Shown: in pieces, positions 19,695 to 27,654 of the stretch | Numbering within the stretch: the first letter of the stretch is position 1 | Layout: every line of letters starts with the position of its first letter | Source: a virus | Virus record (IMG/VR): IMGVR_UViG_3300025018_000102 | Span: 32,001-96,000 of that record | Length of the DNA stretch: 64,000 nt | Direction: 5' to 3' (one strand) | Made by a program: the position numbers and the translations under genes | Notes under the pieces: generated by a model | The model's input: the letters and a program-made list of their open reading frames with translations, nothing else | Databases searched by the model: none | What the model was told of the DNA's origin: nothing

Positions 19695-20310
19695 CTTTAG
19701 CTTCTCCTAGCACTACGCTGCTAGCGGGCAGTACACCGTCACGGTGTTCCTGGGTTATTCTTGGATCGTCCATGCAGGAGTACGTTCTGCAGACGATTGG
19801 CCGGTCTTCGTAAATGGAGCATCTGTTGTCGTCACCAAGGAGAGGGCAAGGTACTCCGATTGTCCCCTCTAGAAAGTACACTCTATCAGTCACCTGTGAC
19901 ATGTGAGGGAACCCTAGCGTCATGAAGCGGGAAAGTTTCCCCTGAACGTTCGCGGCGTCCTTGGAAGTCAGGGCCACTGCACTGTCCCCGTAGAGGCCTG
20001 ACTCGTACTCCTCAGGAGTGATCTGGATGACGAATGCTGAACAGCACACGCTCGTCTTGCAAGTATCACAAGGGGCCGGGTTGATGGGGCCCGGAACACG
20101 GCTGTGCAACACTCGAAGCTTGGTTTTGGCCGCCATTTGCCGGTTTGTGGCCGCTGCTTGGCGTGAGAGGGCTCTCCAAGCAGGCTCTGGGGCCTTCTCA
20201 GAGCCTTCCTGCGCCACAGGAACCTCCTTGACGTACTCGTGGTCCAGAAAGGTGTTCCGGCGGCTATGCGTGGGCTTTAGGAGGGCCAGGTGGACCTTCT
20301 TGTCCTTCAC
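19687..20310 (-). CDS. YkgJ-type Cys-cluster (CxxCxxCC) Zn/Fe-binding protein
   Basis: CDTCKTSVCC...CPLLGDDNRCSIYEDRPIVCRTYSC. Confidence 0.85.
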   Translation of the reverse strand: MKDKKVHLALLKPTHSRRNTFLDHEYVKEVPVAQEGSEKAPEPAWRALSRQAAATNRQMAAKTKLRVLHSRVPGPINPAPCDTCKTSVCCSAFVIQITPEEYESGLYGDSAVALTSKDAANVQGKLSRFMTLGFPHMSQVTDRVYFLEGTIGVPCPLLGDDNRCSIYEDRPIVCRTYSCMDDPRITQEHRDGVLPASSVVLGEAKDD

Positions 20311-20552
20311 GCCTTACGCCCGATTCGATTACGGACTTCACGTTCGGAAAGGACAATCGGCTTGTCCGTAGGCTTGAGGGTTGTCACAGTCTCCCACTGG
20401 AGATATCCGTTGTCGATCGCCCACCTAAGTTCGTTGTACCTAAGTTCAATATGGTCTGGTACGTCGTGATCTCCCCACTTGTCAATGTGGGCGCAGAAGT
20501 CGCTTAGTCTTTGCATGTCCATATCAGTCCTTCCAACTCCATGCTTTTTCAC
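20307..20552 (-). CDS. hypothetical protein
   Basis: Packed ORF. Confidence 0.55.
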   Translation of the reverse strand: MKKHGVGRTDMDMQRLSDFCAHIDKWGDHDVPDHIELRYNELRWAIDNGYLQWETVTTLKPTDKPIVLSEREVRNRIGRKA

Positions 20553-20748
20553 TCGCTATCATAGCGACTATCGTCATTGCTTCTCGGCACTCTTTGCTAA
20601 TGCGCCGAGCGTCCCTTTCAGCGTCATTGAGGGCTCGCTTGGACTTCTTCCAGTTGTTGAGAGCCTGTTGGTGCCACTTGATGGTCCTCCACAGCATCAT
20701 AAGGCTGAAGAACCACAGGGCAATAAGGCCTACTATTGCGTAGGTCAT
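20524..20748 (-). CDS. small membrane-anchored protein
   Basis: N-terminal TM plus coiled coil. Confidence 0.55.
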   Translation of the reverse strand: MTYAIVGLIALWFFSLMMLWRTIKWHQQALNNWKKSKRALNDAERDARRISKECREAMTIVAMIASEKAWSWKD

Positions 20749-21044
20749 CCGATCTTGGCTCCGCGGCCGTTGTTCATCTTGGCTCGGATCTCGTCCGAGT
20801 TGCTCTTGTTGAGTTTCTCCGAGTGCTTGCGGGAGCGCTCCCGGAGATGATGGGTCTGCATTTCCCGAGACATGAGTGAGTAGGTAGCTAGTCCAGGGGC
20901 GCTCAGGAGTGGCTGGGTGTTGATGTGTTCACAGTGTGGGCACTCCGATTCTGGGGTGAACTCATCGACCTCGTGAGGACGGTCCACAATGTCCTCGTAG
21001 ACTTCACCGCAGTTGGCACACTCAAAATCGTACGTAATCCACAT
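20745..21044 (-). CDS. FmdB-like zinc ribbon protein
   Basis: YDFECANCG...CPHC...LLSAP. Confidence 0.8.
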   Translation of the reverse strand: MWITYDFECANCGEVYEDIVDRPHEVDEFTPESECPHCEHINTQPLLSAPGLATYSLMSREMQTHHLRERSRKHSEKLNKSNSDEIRAKMNNGRGAKIG

Positions 21045-21497
21045 CTACAAAACTCCGAAGGCTAGCATCGTCTGCATCACCACAATGTCCATCTGGCGCT
21101 CTGAGGTGATCCTTACCCTCTTCGTGAAGGGCTTGGTTTTGCGCCGAGTGGATGCTGGGATGTCCAGCACCTTGAAGGTTTCCCTCAGTGAGGGCACTGT
21201 AGCATCAGCTACATCCACAAGGCAAGAGCGGCCTGAGTCGGTCCAGGCTCGGAAGGCGTGAACCCCGTTGATCAGCAGTAAATGGTAGGAGGCTGTCTTG
21301 GCCCACGAGAACATCTGCTCTCCGTGATCAGCTCGGAACTGGAGCCGGTCAATGTAACTCCACCTTGGAGGGAGCGTCACGGCGCTATCTGGGACCAGAT
21401 ATACTGCACGGAGCACAAGTTTGTCGCACAGGCGCTCCAGGTTAACGTGGCCTGGGCGGAGGTGCGAGGTGTTCTCGATGGTCCGCTCGTCATCCAT
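21045..21497 (-). CDS. hypothetical protein
   Basis: Abuts both neighbours with no gap. Confidence 0.65.
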   Translation of the reverse strand: MDDERTIENTSHLRPGHVNLERLCDKLVLRAVYLVPDSAVTLPPRWSYIDRLQFRADHGEQMFSWAKTASYHLLLINGVHAFRAWTDSGRSCLVDVADATVPSLRETFKVLDIPASTRRKTKPFTKRVRITSERQMDIVVMQTMLAFGVL

Positions 21498-21734
21498 TCA
21501 TCGGTGCTCCCGGAACACTAGCACGGGGCCGTGAGGAGTGGCGAGGGTGCGGGTTGTGCTGGGCACTCCGGGCACCTTGACTCCGCGGGAGAGTGCATCA
21601 AACGCTTCATCCGTAACAATGAACCCTACTATGAATGATTCAGCCGCGTTTAACTGGTTGGCCATGTGCATGTCGTCCGCGGCGTCCACTAGGCCGACTT
21701 CCACCTCTTCTGCAGTCAACTTACTCATCTTCAT
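21498..21734 (-). CDS. hypothetical protein
   Basis: Packed ORF. Confidence 0.6.
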   Translation of the reverse strand: MKMSKLTAEEVEVGLVDAADDMHMANQLNAAESFIVGFIVTDEAFDALSRGVKVPGVPSTTRTLATPHGPVLVFREHR

Positions 21735-21957
21735 CCTTTGGCTGACTTGGGCACAGAACTACCCAAGGTTCTCCCTCTGGTACGTTGTTGGGCATAGGAT
21801 ACACGTGCCGGTAGTTGAACCTTACCGTGGGGTACTTGGCGGACTCCTCCAAAGCCCTCCAGTAGTCCTGATCTCCACCTGCGTCTGACAGCCATGTGAG
21901 AAAGCCTTTTGCGGCGGAATCGTCTTCAAATACGAACTGGATGGTTCTCTTGGCCAT
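21721..21957 (-). CDS. hypothetical protein
   Basis: GGAG RBS before the ATG at 21957. Confidence 0.65.
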   Translation of the reverse strand: MAKRTIQFVFEDDSAAKGFLTWLSDAGGDQDYWRALEESAKYPTVRFNYRHVYPMPNNVPEGEPWVVLCPSQPKDEDE

Positions 21958-22122
21958 GGCTCTCCAAATGTCACTTGTGTTATGAGGGACCCAAGTGTAA
22001 GGCCCGAAGTTAGCGGGGAGCGTCGCATATCCGGCGACGACCCCCAGTGTTTGCAGCAGCGTGTTAGGCAGCTTTTTCTATCACTACGCAACGGCGTTTA
22101 AGATCTGCGCTCTGGGTCTAAG

Positions 22123-22216
22123 TACCCATGCCTTACCATTAGACGACAACGCCTAAGTTTGAAAAGAGCCCGGAGGCTCGGAGGCGTCGGAGGGATTCGA
22201 ACCCTCATTTTGAGCA
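22123..22216 (-). ncRNA. circularly permuted tRNA-like unit B (U discriminator, Cys/Gly-like arms, no anticodon loop)
   Basis: Sense UGCUCA-AAAU-GAGGG UUCGAAU CCCUC-CGACGCC-U-CC-[GAGCC UCCG GGCUC]-UUUUCAAACUUA-GGCGUUG-UC-GUCU AAUGGUA AGGC-A-UGGGUA. Acceptor GGCGUUG/CGACGCC; closing stem UGGGUA/UGCUCA. Confidence 0.85.
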
Positions 22217-22287
22217 AGTTGGCGAGATCACTAGAGATGCATAGGTAGCATTTTGGGGTTTAGGTTAGAGAATAATAGGAACTTGAT

Positions 22288-22379
22288 GCTGTGCGTCTTC
22301 CAGTTCCGCCACCTCCCCTTAGTCGATCAGGAACCGAAGTTCCGGTGGGGAGGGCAGGATTCGAACCTGCAAAAACAGC
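22288..22379 (-). ncRNA. circularly permuted tRNA-like unit A (A discriminator, Leu-like D arm, no anticodon loop)
   Basis: Sense GCUGU-UUUU-GCAGG UUCGAAU CCUGC-CCUCCCC-A-CC-[GGAAC UUCG GUUCC]-UGAUCGACUAA-GGGGAGG-UG-GCG GAACUGGAAGA CGC-ACAGC. Acceptor, T and closing stems are all Watson-Crick perfect. Confidence 0.9.
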
Positions 22380-22459
22380 TTGTTGAGGAGGAGAATAAGT
22401 TTGAGCTTGTTCTCTTCTAAAGCAGGATACCGCCTCCAAAGGGCGGCCCTGCCGTAGTC

Positions 22460-23197
22460 TTACTTAGCGAGCAGGTAACTGAACACCTTGTCGCCTAGCG
22501 CTCGAGGAGAAGCCTCCACGCTGTTGGCCTGTTCGCGAGCGAACTTCACGGCCTTCTTGATGGCCTGGATACGGCCAAGGACCGTCTCCTTGCGATCGGC
22601 GGACATGGCGCCGCTGTAGCGGATGCGGGTCCAATATCCTTCGACGACGTCCTCGTGGAAGAGATCCACTTGGGCGGGGTGCTTGTCGGTAGCCTCTGCT
22701 CGAACGTGGTTCTTGGGAACCTTCTTGGTCTTGGTGGTCTCGACGGCCGCACTCTTCCAGTGATTCTGGGTTGGCGAGAACTCCCATTCCTCCGAAGGAT
22801 CGAGAGCTGGCAGCCCGCGGACGAAGGTCTCCATGTCGTTCATCTCCTTCTCCATCATGAGGAGGGTGGAGACGGGGACAGCTTCGAGAAGCACCATACC
22901 GTCTGGGAGGACAACGTCGGCCTTAGCCACCTGGTTGGTAGCGTCCTTGGTTGCCGTGAGATCCCAGATCTCTGTCTTCAGTTCGGCGGTCTTGTTGAGT
23001 AGGTCCTCCGTGGTGGCCTGGACGTTCTTGGTCTCAGCGGGGAGTTGAACGCCGTCGTCGGCGAGAGGGCGGTAGGTACGCACAAGGCCCTCAAAGACAG
23101 CAGGCTGTCCGGCGAGGCGATGAAGCTGGGTAAGATCTGAGGTGGTGCGCTTACGCGTTCCAGATTCGATTGCGAGGATTTGGTTTAGCTTTGCCAT
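22460..23197 (-). CDS. conserved uncharacterised protein (245 aa) directly upstream of the permuted-tRNA RNA
   Basis: Clean ORF with AAGGGA RBS. Motifs KLNQILAIE, RTYRP..DDG..LP.E, TKDATN, KTKKVP, EATDKHPAQV and AVKFAREQAN resemble, from memory and unverified, an uncharacterised family seen in diverse bacteria and phages. Confidence 0.9.
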   Translation of the reverse strand: MAKLNQILAIESGTRKRTTSDLTQLHRLAGQPAVFEGLVRTYRPLADDGVQLPAETKNVQATTEDLLNKTAELKTEIWDLTATKDATNQVAKADVVLPDGMVLLEAVPVSTLLMMEKEMNDMETFVRGLPALDPSEEWEFSPTQNHWKSAAVETTKTKKVPKNHVRAEATDKHPAQVDLFHEDVVEGYWTRIRYSGAMSADRKETVLGRIQAIKKAVKFAREQANSVEASPRALGDKVFSYLLAK

Positions 23198-23242
23198 TGG
23201 TGTCCCTTAGTTTGTTTGTGGGCTTACTGCCCGTCGAATGAG

Positions 23243-23270
23243 AACCTAGCGTGCCTGGAGGCACTGTCAA
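23243..23270 (-). promoter_or_regulatory. sigma70-type promoter for the 245-aa gene and ncRNA
   Basis: TTGACA-16 nt-TAGGTT; the spacer holds the inverted repeat GTGCCT-CC-AGGCAC. Confidence 0.65.
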
Positions 23271-23277
23271 GGATCTT

Positions 23278-23631
23278 TTATCGATCATCGCCACTTCCCC
23301 CAAGAACACCTCGGGCGGCTCGATCGTGCAACTTGGCCAGGGATGCCGAAGCGGCATCTTCCATGGCGTACCCAAGTTCCTCGCAGCACGCAGCTACGTA
23401 CCAGAGGACATCCCCAAGTTCTTTGAGGGTGGCGTCTTTGAAGTCCTGGGATACCACTCCACCCTCATCTCGAAGGAGTTTCTTCAACTTCTCGGCGACT
23501 TCTCCAGCCTCTCCGTTTAGGCCCAGTGTGGCGTAAGTTAGCCCAGACAGGTCTCCTGCACCTGGATAAGTAGAGTACTGCAGTGCTTCTCGTTGGTACT
23601 CGTTGAAGGTCGTTTCGTGCTTGTATCTCAT
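23278..23631 (-). CDS. mazG: MazG-like nucleotide pyrophosphohydrolase
   Basis: LGLNGEAGEVAEKLKK...KELGDVLWYVA...KLHDR...GSGDDR. Confidence 0.92.
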   Translation of the reverse strand: MRYKHETTFNEYQREALQYSTYPGAGDLSGLTYATLGLNGEAGEVAEKLKKLLRDEGGVVSQDFKDATLKELGDVLWYVAACCEELGYAMEDAASASLAKLHDRAARGVLGGSGDDR

Positions 23632-23695
23632 TCTTCTTCACTTTCGGGCTTGACGTTTGTGGTATAGTTTCGCGTGCGGCCTGTGGGGAACTTCT

Positions 23696-23986
23696 TCATA
23701 GTTCGGCTCCATGTGCTCTTGCGATCGCCATTCGGTAGTGGGCCTCTCGTGCCAGCCAGAATGCTACGCTGTTTCCCAGTACCCTGTGCAGCCTACAGGC
23801 TACTCTATGGGTTATGGCTCCATAGCCGGCGAGGATCCAGTCCAACTCTTGGCGGCCCAACTTGGTTGTGCGAGCCAGCCACACAAGATCCTTGCCCATG
23901 TCAAACAGGATGTCTTCGATTGTGTTTCCTGGAGGTGACACCCAGTCGGGCGTAAACACTTCCTCTGTAGGATCTGCATCACTCAT
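23696..23986 (-). CDS. higA: HigA/VapI-like antitoxin HTH protein (orphan)
   Basis: PDWVSPPGNTIEDIL...LARTTKLG...ITHRVACRLHRVLGNSVAFWLAREAHY. Confidence 0.8.
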   Translation of the reverse strand: MSDADPTEEVFTPDWVSPPGNTIEDILFDMGKDLVWLARTTKLGRQELDWILAGYGAITHRVACRLHRVLGNSVAFWLAREAHYRMAIARAHGAEL

Positions 23987-23997
23987 AGGAAAGTTGT

Positions 23998-24315
23998 CTA
24001 CTTGGCTTTCACAAGTTTGATGCCAACGGCGTCGCTGCGCTTATTCCACCTGAAGGTGCCTTTGACTTTCCCGTTGACCATGTGCGGCACAAGTTCTGAG
24101 AACTCCGTTGGGAACATGAGGTAGGGGACTCCTTCCGGCGTCTCCAGGTGTGCGTACCTACTTAGGAATTTGAACTCTAGGTCCAGTTCGAGGGTGGCGA
24201 ATCGGTCGAGTTTAGTGATCTTCTTAGCGTTTCGCTGGTAGTATACTGGAGGTTCTTGGCCCCACACATGCTGGGTGCCACCGTCATATACGATCCATAC
24301 ATGTTCCCAGTTCAT
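23998..24315 (-). CDS. hypothetical protein
   Basis: Start re-called at 24315 (ATGA overlap with the upstream gene). Confidence 0.6.
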   Translation of the reverse strand: MNWEHVWIVYDGGTQHVWGQEPPVYYQRNAKKITKLDRFATLELDLEFKFLSRYAHLETPEGVPYLMFPTEFSELVPHMVNGKVKGTFRWNKRSDAVGIKLVKAK

Positions 24316-24872
24316 ACGTTCTCCAGTCTTGAGGAGCCTATCAGTGCTTCGATCTCTGGGACGCTCACCGGAGTGAAGTCCCATGCATCAACGCCTACAT
24401 GCACGTACCGGCCCCGGATACGCTCTGTGCCGTGGGTGTGTCCGTGAAGGAGCCACTCGCCCTTGTGCATCAAGGGCCTCAGGTCCTTGTGGCGCTCAGC
24501 CGCGTGCTTGTACCGTGGGTCGTAGTACTCCTTGGGAGGAAAATGGCTCATGCGCACAGTGCGGCCGCAGATATGTGTCACCGCTTCCCTGACCACCATT
24601 GAAAATCCCATACGGGACATCGCTGCTGCTGAGCGATCGTGATTGCCAAGACAAAGAATCTTGTGTCCATGCAAACTTCCTATCAGTTCAGCCGACTTGT
24701 CTGTGGGGTGAAACGACACATCCCCGAGCCAATACACCACGTCTTCGGGTTTCACCACAGCATTGTATCGCCGGACAAGCTCGGCATCCATCTCCTCCAC
24801 AGACTCAAAAGGCCTGTGTGTGACCACGAGTTTATGTCCAAAGTGAGGATCGCTGTAGTAGAAGTGGGCCAC
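24312..24872 (-). CDS. calcineurin-like phosphoesterase
   Basis: SDPHFGH, LGDVS, GNHD, SHFP, HGHTH, VGVDAW. Confidence 0.93.
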   Translation of the reverse strand: MAHFYYSDPHFGHKLVVTHRPFESVEEMDAELVRRYNAVVKPEDVVYWLGDVSFHPTDKSAELIGSLHGHKILCLGNHDRSAAAMSRMGFSMVVREAVTHICGRTVRMSHFPPKEYYDPRYKHAAERHKDLRPLMHKGEWLLHGHTHGTERIRGRYVHVGVDAWDFTPVSVPEIEALIGSSRLENV

Positions 24873-24873
24873 G

Positions 24874-25050
24874 CTATTTTTTAGGTGGTGAGAATGCCGC
24901 TCGGAATCGGGCGGGGGCGAGGTCGGCGTCTGCTGCTGCAGACTTATCTAATGTATCAAACGACTGCAAAAACGTGTCTTTCCATAGTCGACGCTCGTCA
25001 AGAGCGAAAGTGGACTCAAGTTCAAGGTCGACTGAAGATGTCTGGAACAT
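24874..25050 (-). CDS. small hypothetical protein (58 aa, MFQTSSVDLEL...)
   Basis: Hand-translated; fills the gap between neighbours almost exactly. Confidence 0.45.
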   Translation of the reverse strand: MFQTSSVDLELESTFALDERRLWKDTFLQSFDTLDKSAAADADLAPARFRAAFSPPKK

Positions 25051-25057
25051 GAGAGGC

Positions 25058-25519
25058 CTAGGCTCTGCCTTGGGGCAGTTTTGGGTTGTAGATGGTCACC
25101 ATGCCCCTGAGCATGGCTTGGTAGTCTTTGTTATTACGCTCTCTGTAGTCCAGGTACTCTCGGTAGTCAAGGGGCTCAGTGTGCGTGTACTGTACGTTAG
25201 AGGTGAGCGAGTCCAACTGGCTCTGCATCACCTCAACCTGATCCCAGTAGACCTCCTCGCCGGAAAATACAATGTCTTGGTCGTACATGATGATGCGCTC
25301 TACTGGGAGCTTACCCGTGACAGAGAAGTAGATGACCTGCTCCTCTTCGGACATAGGGGGATTCTTGTCCTCTACGGACTCGAAGTACCCATCAAAGACA
25401 CCTAGCCCTAGACTGTTGATGGTCCAGGCTTTGGTCTCTTTGTCTTGCGACACTTCGGCAAACACAAGCACTTCGTCACCCGGTTTGATCCGGGTGCGGC
25501 GTGGAGTCACTAGGCTCAT
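25058..25519 (-). CDS. hypothetical protein
   Basis: AGGAG RBS; 153 aa. Confidence 0.7.
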   Translation of the reverse strand: MSLVTPRRTRIKPGDEVLVFAEVSQDKETKAWTINSLGLGVFDGYFESVEDKNPPMSEEEQVIYFSVTGKLPVERIIMYDQDIVFSGEEVYWDQVEVMQSQLDSLTSNVQYTHTEPLDYREYLDYRERNNKDYQAMLRGMVTIYNPKLPQGRA

Positions 25520-25551
25520 TTAATCTCCTGGTTCATCCACCAGGAATAGCG

Positions 25552-25989
25552 CTAGTTCCAGTGGCTGTCAATGGCGAGCGGGCGCTTTTTGTCCAACAGG
25601 TCAAACTTCACTTGAGCTGGAACATGCATCACAGATCCCGTCAGAATGAACGGCAGAAGGTTGCCCTCGTGCCGAGACACCAGGCGGACTCCAAAGCCCT
25701 CCAGGCACTCCTGAAGCTCCCCTAGGGCACCCTCACGGTCCTCGTAGGTGTAGGTGAACAGGCGGGCATTCTCCGGCAAGTCCCACTCGTCAAAGTGGTA
25801 CCTATTGTCCCCGTGCTCCATGAGAATCACCATCTCGTAGGTCGCACAGAGCTGCTTGACAGCTTCGATGTGCGGCTGGGAGTCGGGGAGAAGGGAAGGC
25901 GAAGAAACTAGTAAGAGCCTTGTATCCATTGGAATACTCCGGGTGTTGGTGGCTACGCGGGTTGGGCGTATTCCTAATGATATCAGCAC
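25552..25989 (-). CDS. hypothetical protein
   Basis: ORF; the true start may be MDTRLL. Confidence 0.6.
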   Translation of the reverse strand: MLISLGIRPTRVATNTRSIPMDTRLLLVSSPSLLPDSQPHIEAVKQLCATYEMVILMEHGDNRYHFDEWDLPENARLFTYTYEDREGALGELQECLEGFGVRLVSRHEGNLLPFILTGSVMHVPAQVKFDLLDKKRPLAIDSHWN

Positions 25990-26014
25990 CCTGAGTATTG
26001 CTCAACTACAAATG

Positions 26015-26263
26015 CTATTCTTTGTAAACGGCCTCACCAGGCAGCATCTTGCGGTACTGGACCCATGGGCCATGGGTCCCGGAAATTGTCGATGAATCCG
26101 TGCATCTGCTTACCCACGTGATGGTGCCTGGTGGTTTCCTCGGGATGCTTTTGGGTGCAACCCACGCCGTCTCTTGAACGCGCAACACGCGTTCGTTCGC
26201 TTGCGGGTCGTCGCCGAGCGCGGCGAGGAACAGGCAGAAGTCTTCGACCTGGTCGTCACTCAC
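26015..26263 (-). CDS. hypothetical protein
   Basis: 4-nt overlap with the upstream gene. Confidence 0.55.
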   Translation of the reverse strand: MSDDQVEDFCLFLAALGDDPQANERVLRVQETAWVAPKSIPRKPPGTITWVSRCTDSSTISGTHGPWVQYRKMLPGEAVYKE

Positions 26264-26553
26264 GGTTCGCCCGCCAGTTCGTCAAGCCATCGGACACCAT
26301 CCAAGTACACTTCATCGTATCGTGGCTCGGGCGCAGTTGTCCGCTTGTGCATTCGTCTGTCCTTCAATGTCGCCTCTGCGGCAGAGATTCGTGCCCGAGC
26401 CTCTTCGAACCGTGCTTTGCGCATCTTCTGTTGTCGACAGGCGTGGCGAAGCTCGGGGCTCATCCCATTGTCTCCATCCTTCGCCCCATCAAAACCCCGC
26501 CACATCTCCTCCGCTGTGGCTTCCTCGTCGGCGTCGTTCATTGGATCTTCCAT
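26260..26553 (-). CDS. hypothetical protein
   Basis: Packed ORF after primase. Confidence 0.55.
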   Translation of the reverse strand: MEDPMNDADEEATAEEMWRGFDGAKDGDNGMSPELRHACRQQKMRKARFEEARARISAAEATLKDRRMHKRTTAPEPRYDEVYLDGVRWLDELAGEP

Positions 26554-27623
26554 TCTTCAAAATCTGGAGAGTACACGTCGATGGTGTTCTCAAGGGCGTT
26601 CTTGATAGTATCGAAATCTCGAGTCTTCAAGATGTCTCCGGTGTCTTGGTCCTTGGGCCAGTCTTTCAGACTAGGGACGTACACCTGGTCGAACCGCATC
26701 TTGAGGTCTTCTACGGCCGAGATCATCTCAGGAAGCGCGTCCTTCTTGTCGAACCACAAAGTCACGTTGGAGATCTTCCAACTCTTGAGAAGGCGCATTT
26801 GGGCCGCAGAAATCTTCTTGGAGAACGCGGCGTAGGCGTTGAAGCCTGCGTTGCGGACGGCCACAGCGTCAATCACTCCCTCCACAATCACCACGGGCAC
26901 GCCCGGCTTAGGCGGCACGCAGGGCCATAGAGTCTTGGCCATTTCCGCATCGGGGCAATTGAGGTACTTGGGGGTGTCTGTGGCTACAATGGCCCTAGCC
27001 TGCCACCCACAAAGTTTGCGGTTATGGTAAAGGGGAATGACGAGACGATTCTTGACGTTTCCCTTGATCCGGCCTGCAGCGTTCTTGACCTCAACCCAAC
27101 GAGTGCCGAAGTGGAGATTCATGGTGAGGGCCTCGGCATGGTGGATGCCCCGAGACGTACAATAGGCCCATGCAGGCGAGGTGAAAGGCATTCGCACCAC
27201 AGGAACACAGTGCTCGGGGAGGCTTGTAATGTACCTTGGGGTGTCACTCTCTTCTACAGGATTCTCAGGGGTCTCGTCCGCTAAGGCTTCAAAGTCCTCG
27301 TCGGTGGCGGCGGTCGGGGTGTAGGCCCGCATCACCTTCAGCATGGCTACGGCCGGCGTGATGTCCTCTGTGAAAGCAATGAGATTGAAGAGGTTGTACT
27401 TCTTTCCAACTTGAAAGTCACAACGAAAACAGTTGAACTGCTGCTTCGATGGGTTGATGTAGCACTTGAACTTTCGGTCCCCGCAGTCTGGTGCGGGGCA
27501 GTTGATACGGAGTTCTTTTCCGTTAGAACCCATAGTGGTCTGGTACTGATCGTAGTGCTCAAGGATGTACCCTTCCCAGTCGAAGGCCTCGATGGCCTCC
27601 CGGATGCGCTTACGGCTGTCCAC
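26538..27623 (-). CDS. dnaG: DNA primase (zinc finger plus TOPRIM)
   Basis: CPAPDC...FNCFRC; RLVIPL...GWQAR...PKYLN; VEGVIDA; WFDKKD; DTGD. Confidence 0.92.
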   Translation of the reverse strand: MDSRKRIREAIEAFDWEGYILEHYDQYQTTMGSNGKELRINCPAPDCGDRKFKCYINPSKQQFNCFRCDFQVGKKYNLFNLIAFTEDITPAVAMLKVMRAYTPTAATDEDFEALADETPENPVEESDTPRYITSLPEHCVPVVRMPFTSPAWAYCTSRGIHHAEALTMNLHFGTRWVEVKNAAGRIKGNVKNRLVIPLYHNRKLCGWQARAIVATDTPKYLNCPDAEMAKTLWPCVPPKPGVPVVIVEGVIDAVAVRNAGFNAYAAFSKKISAAQMRLLKSWKISNVTLWFDKKDALPEMISAVEDLKMRFDQVYVPSLKDWPKDQDTGDILKTRDFDTIKNALENTIDVYSPDFEEWKIQ

Positions 27624-27654
27624 TAGATCTTTACCAGGATGCGGTGTACGGGAT

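Larger units (their letters stand above)
22015..22452 (-). ncRNA. putative ~440-nt structured ncRNA containing two permuted tRNA-like domains
   Basis: No credible minus-strand CDS in an otherwise gapless region. Bounded by hairpins at 22422-22452 and 22015-22045 and contains units A and B below. Ends are approximate. Confidence 0.7.

Noticed and set aside
21822-22091. 89-aa minus-strand ORF overlapping the ncRNA 3' region
   Set aside because: No RBS, overlaps the better gene 21721..21957 out of frame, and the sequence is not protein-like.
22160-22320. Reading the 5' half of unit A and the 3' half of unit B as one normal tRNA with an intron
   Set aside because: GGGGAGG cannot pair with CGACGCC. 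Each 5' half pairs fully only with the 3' half lying upstream of it, which supports permutation.
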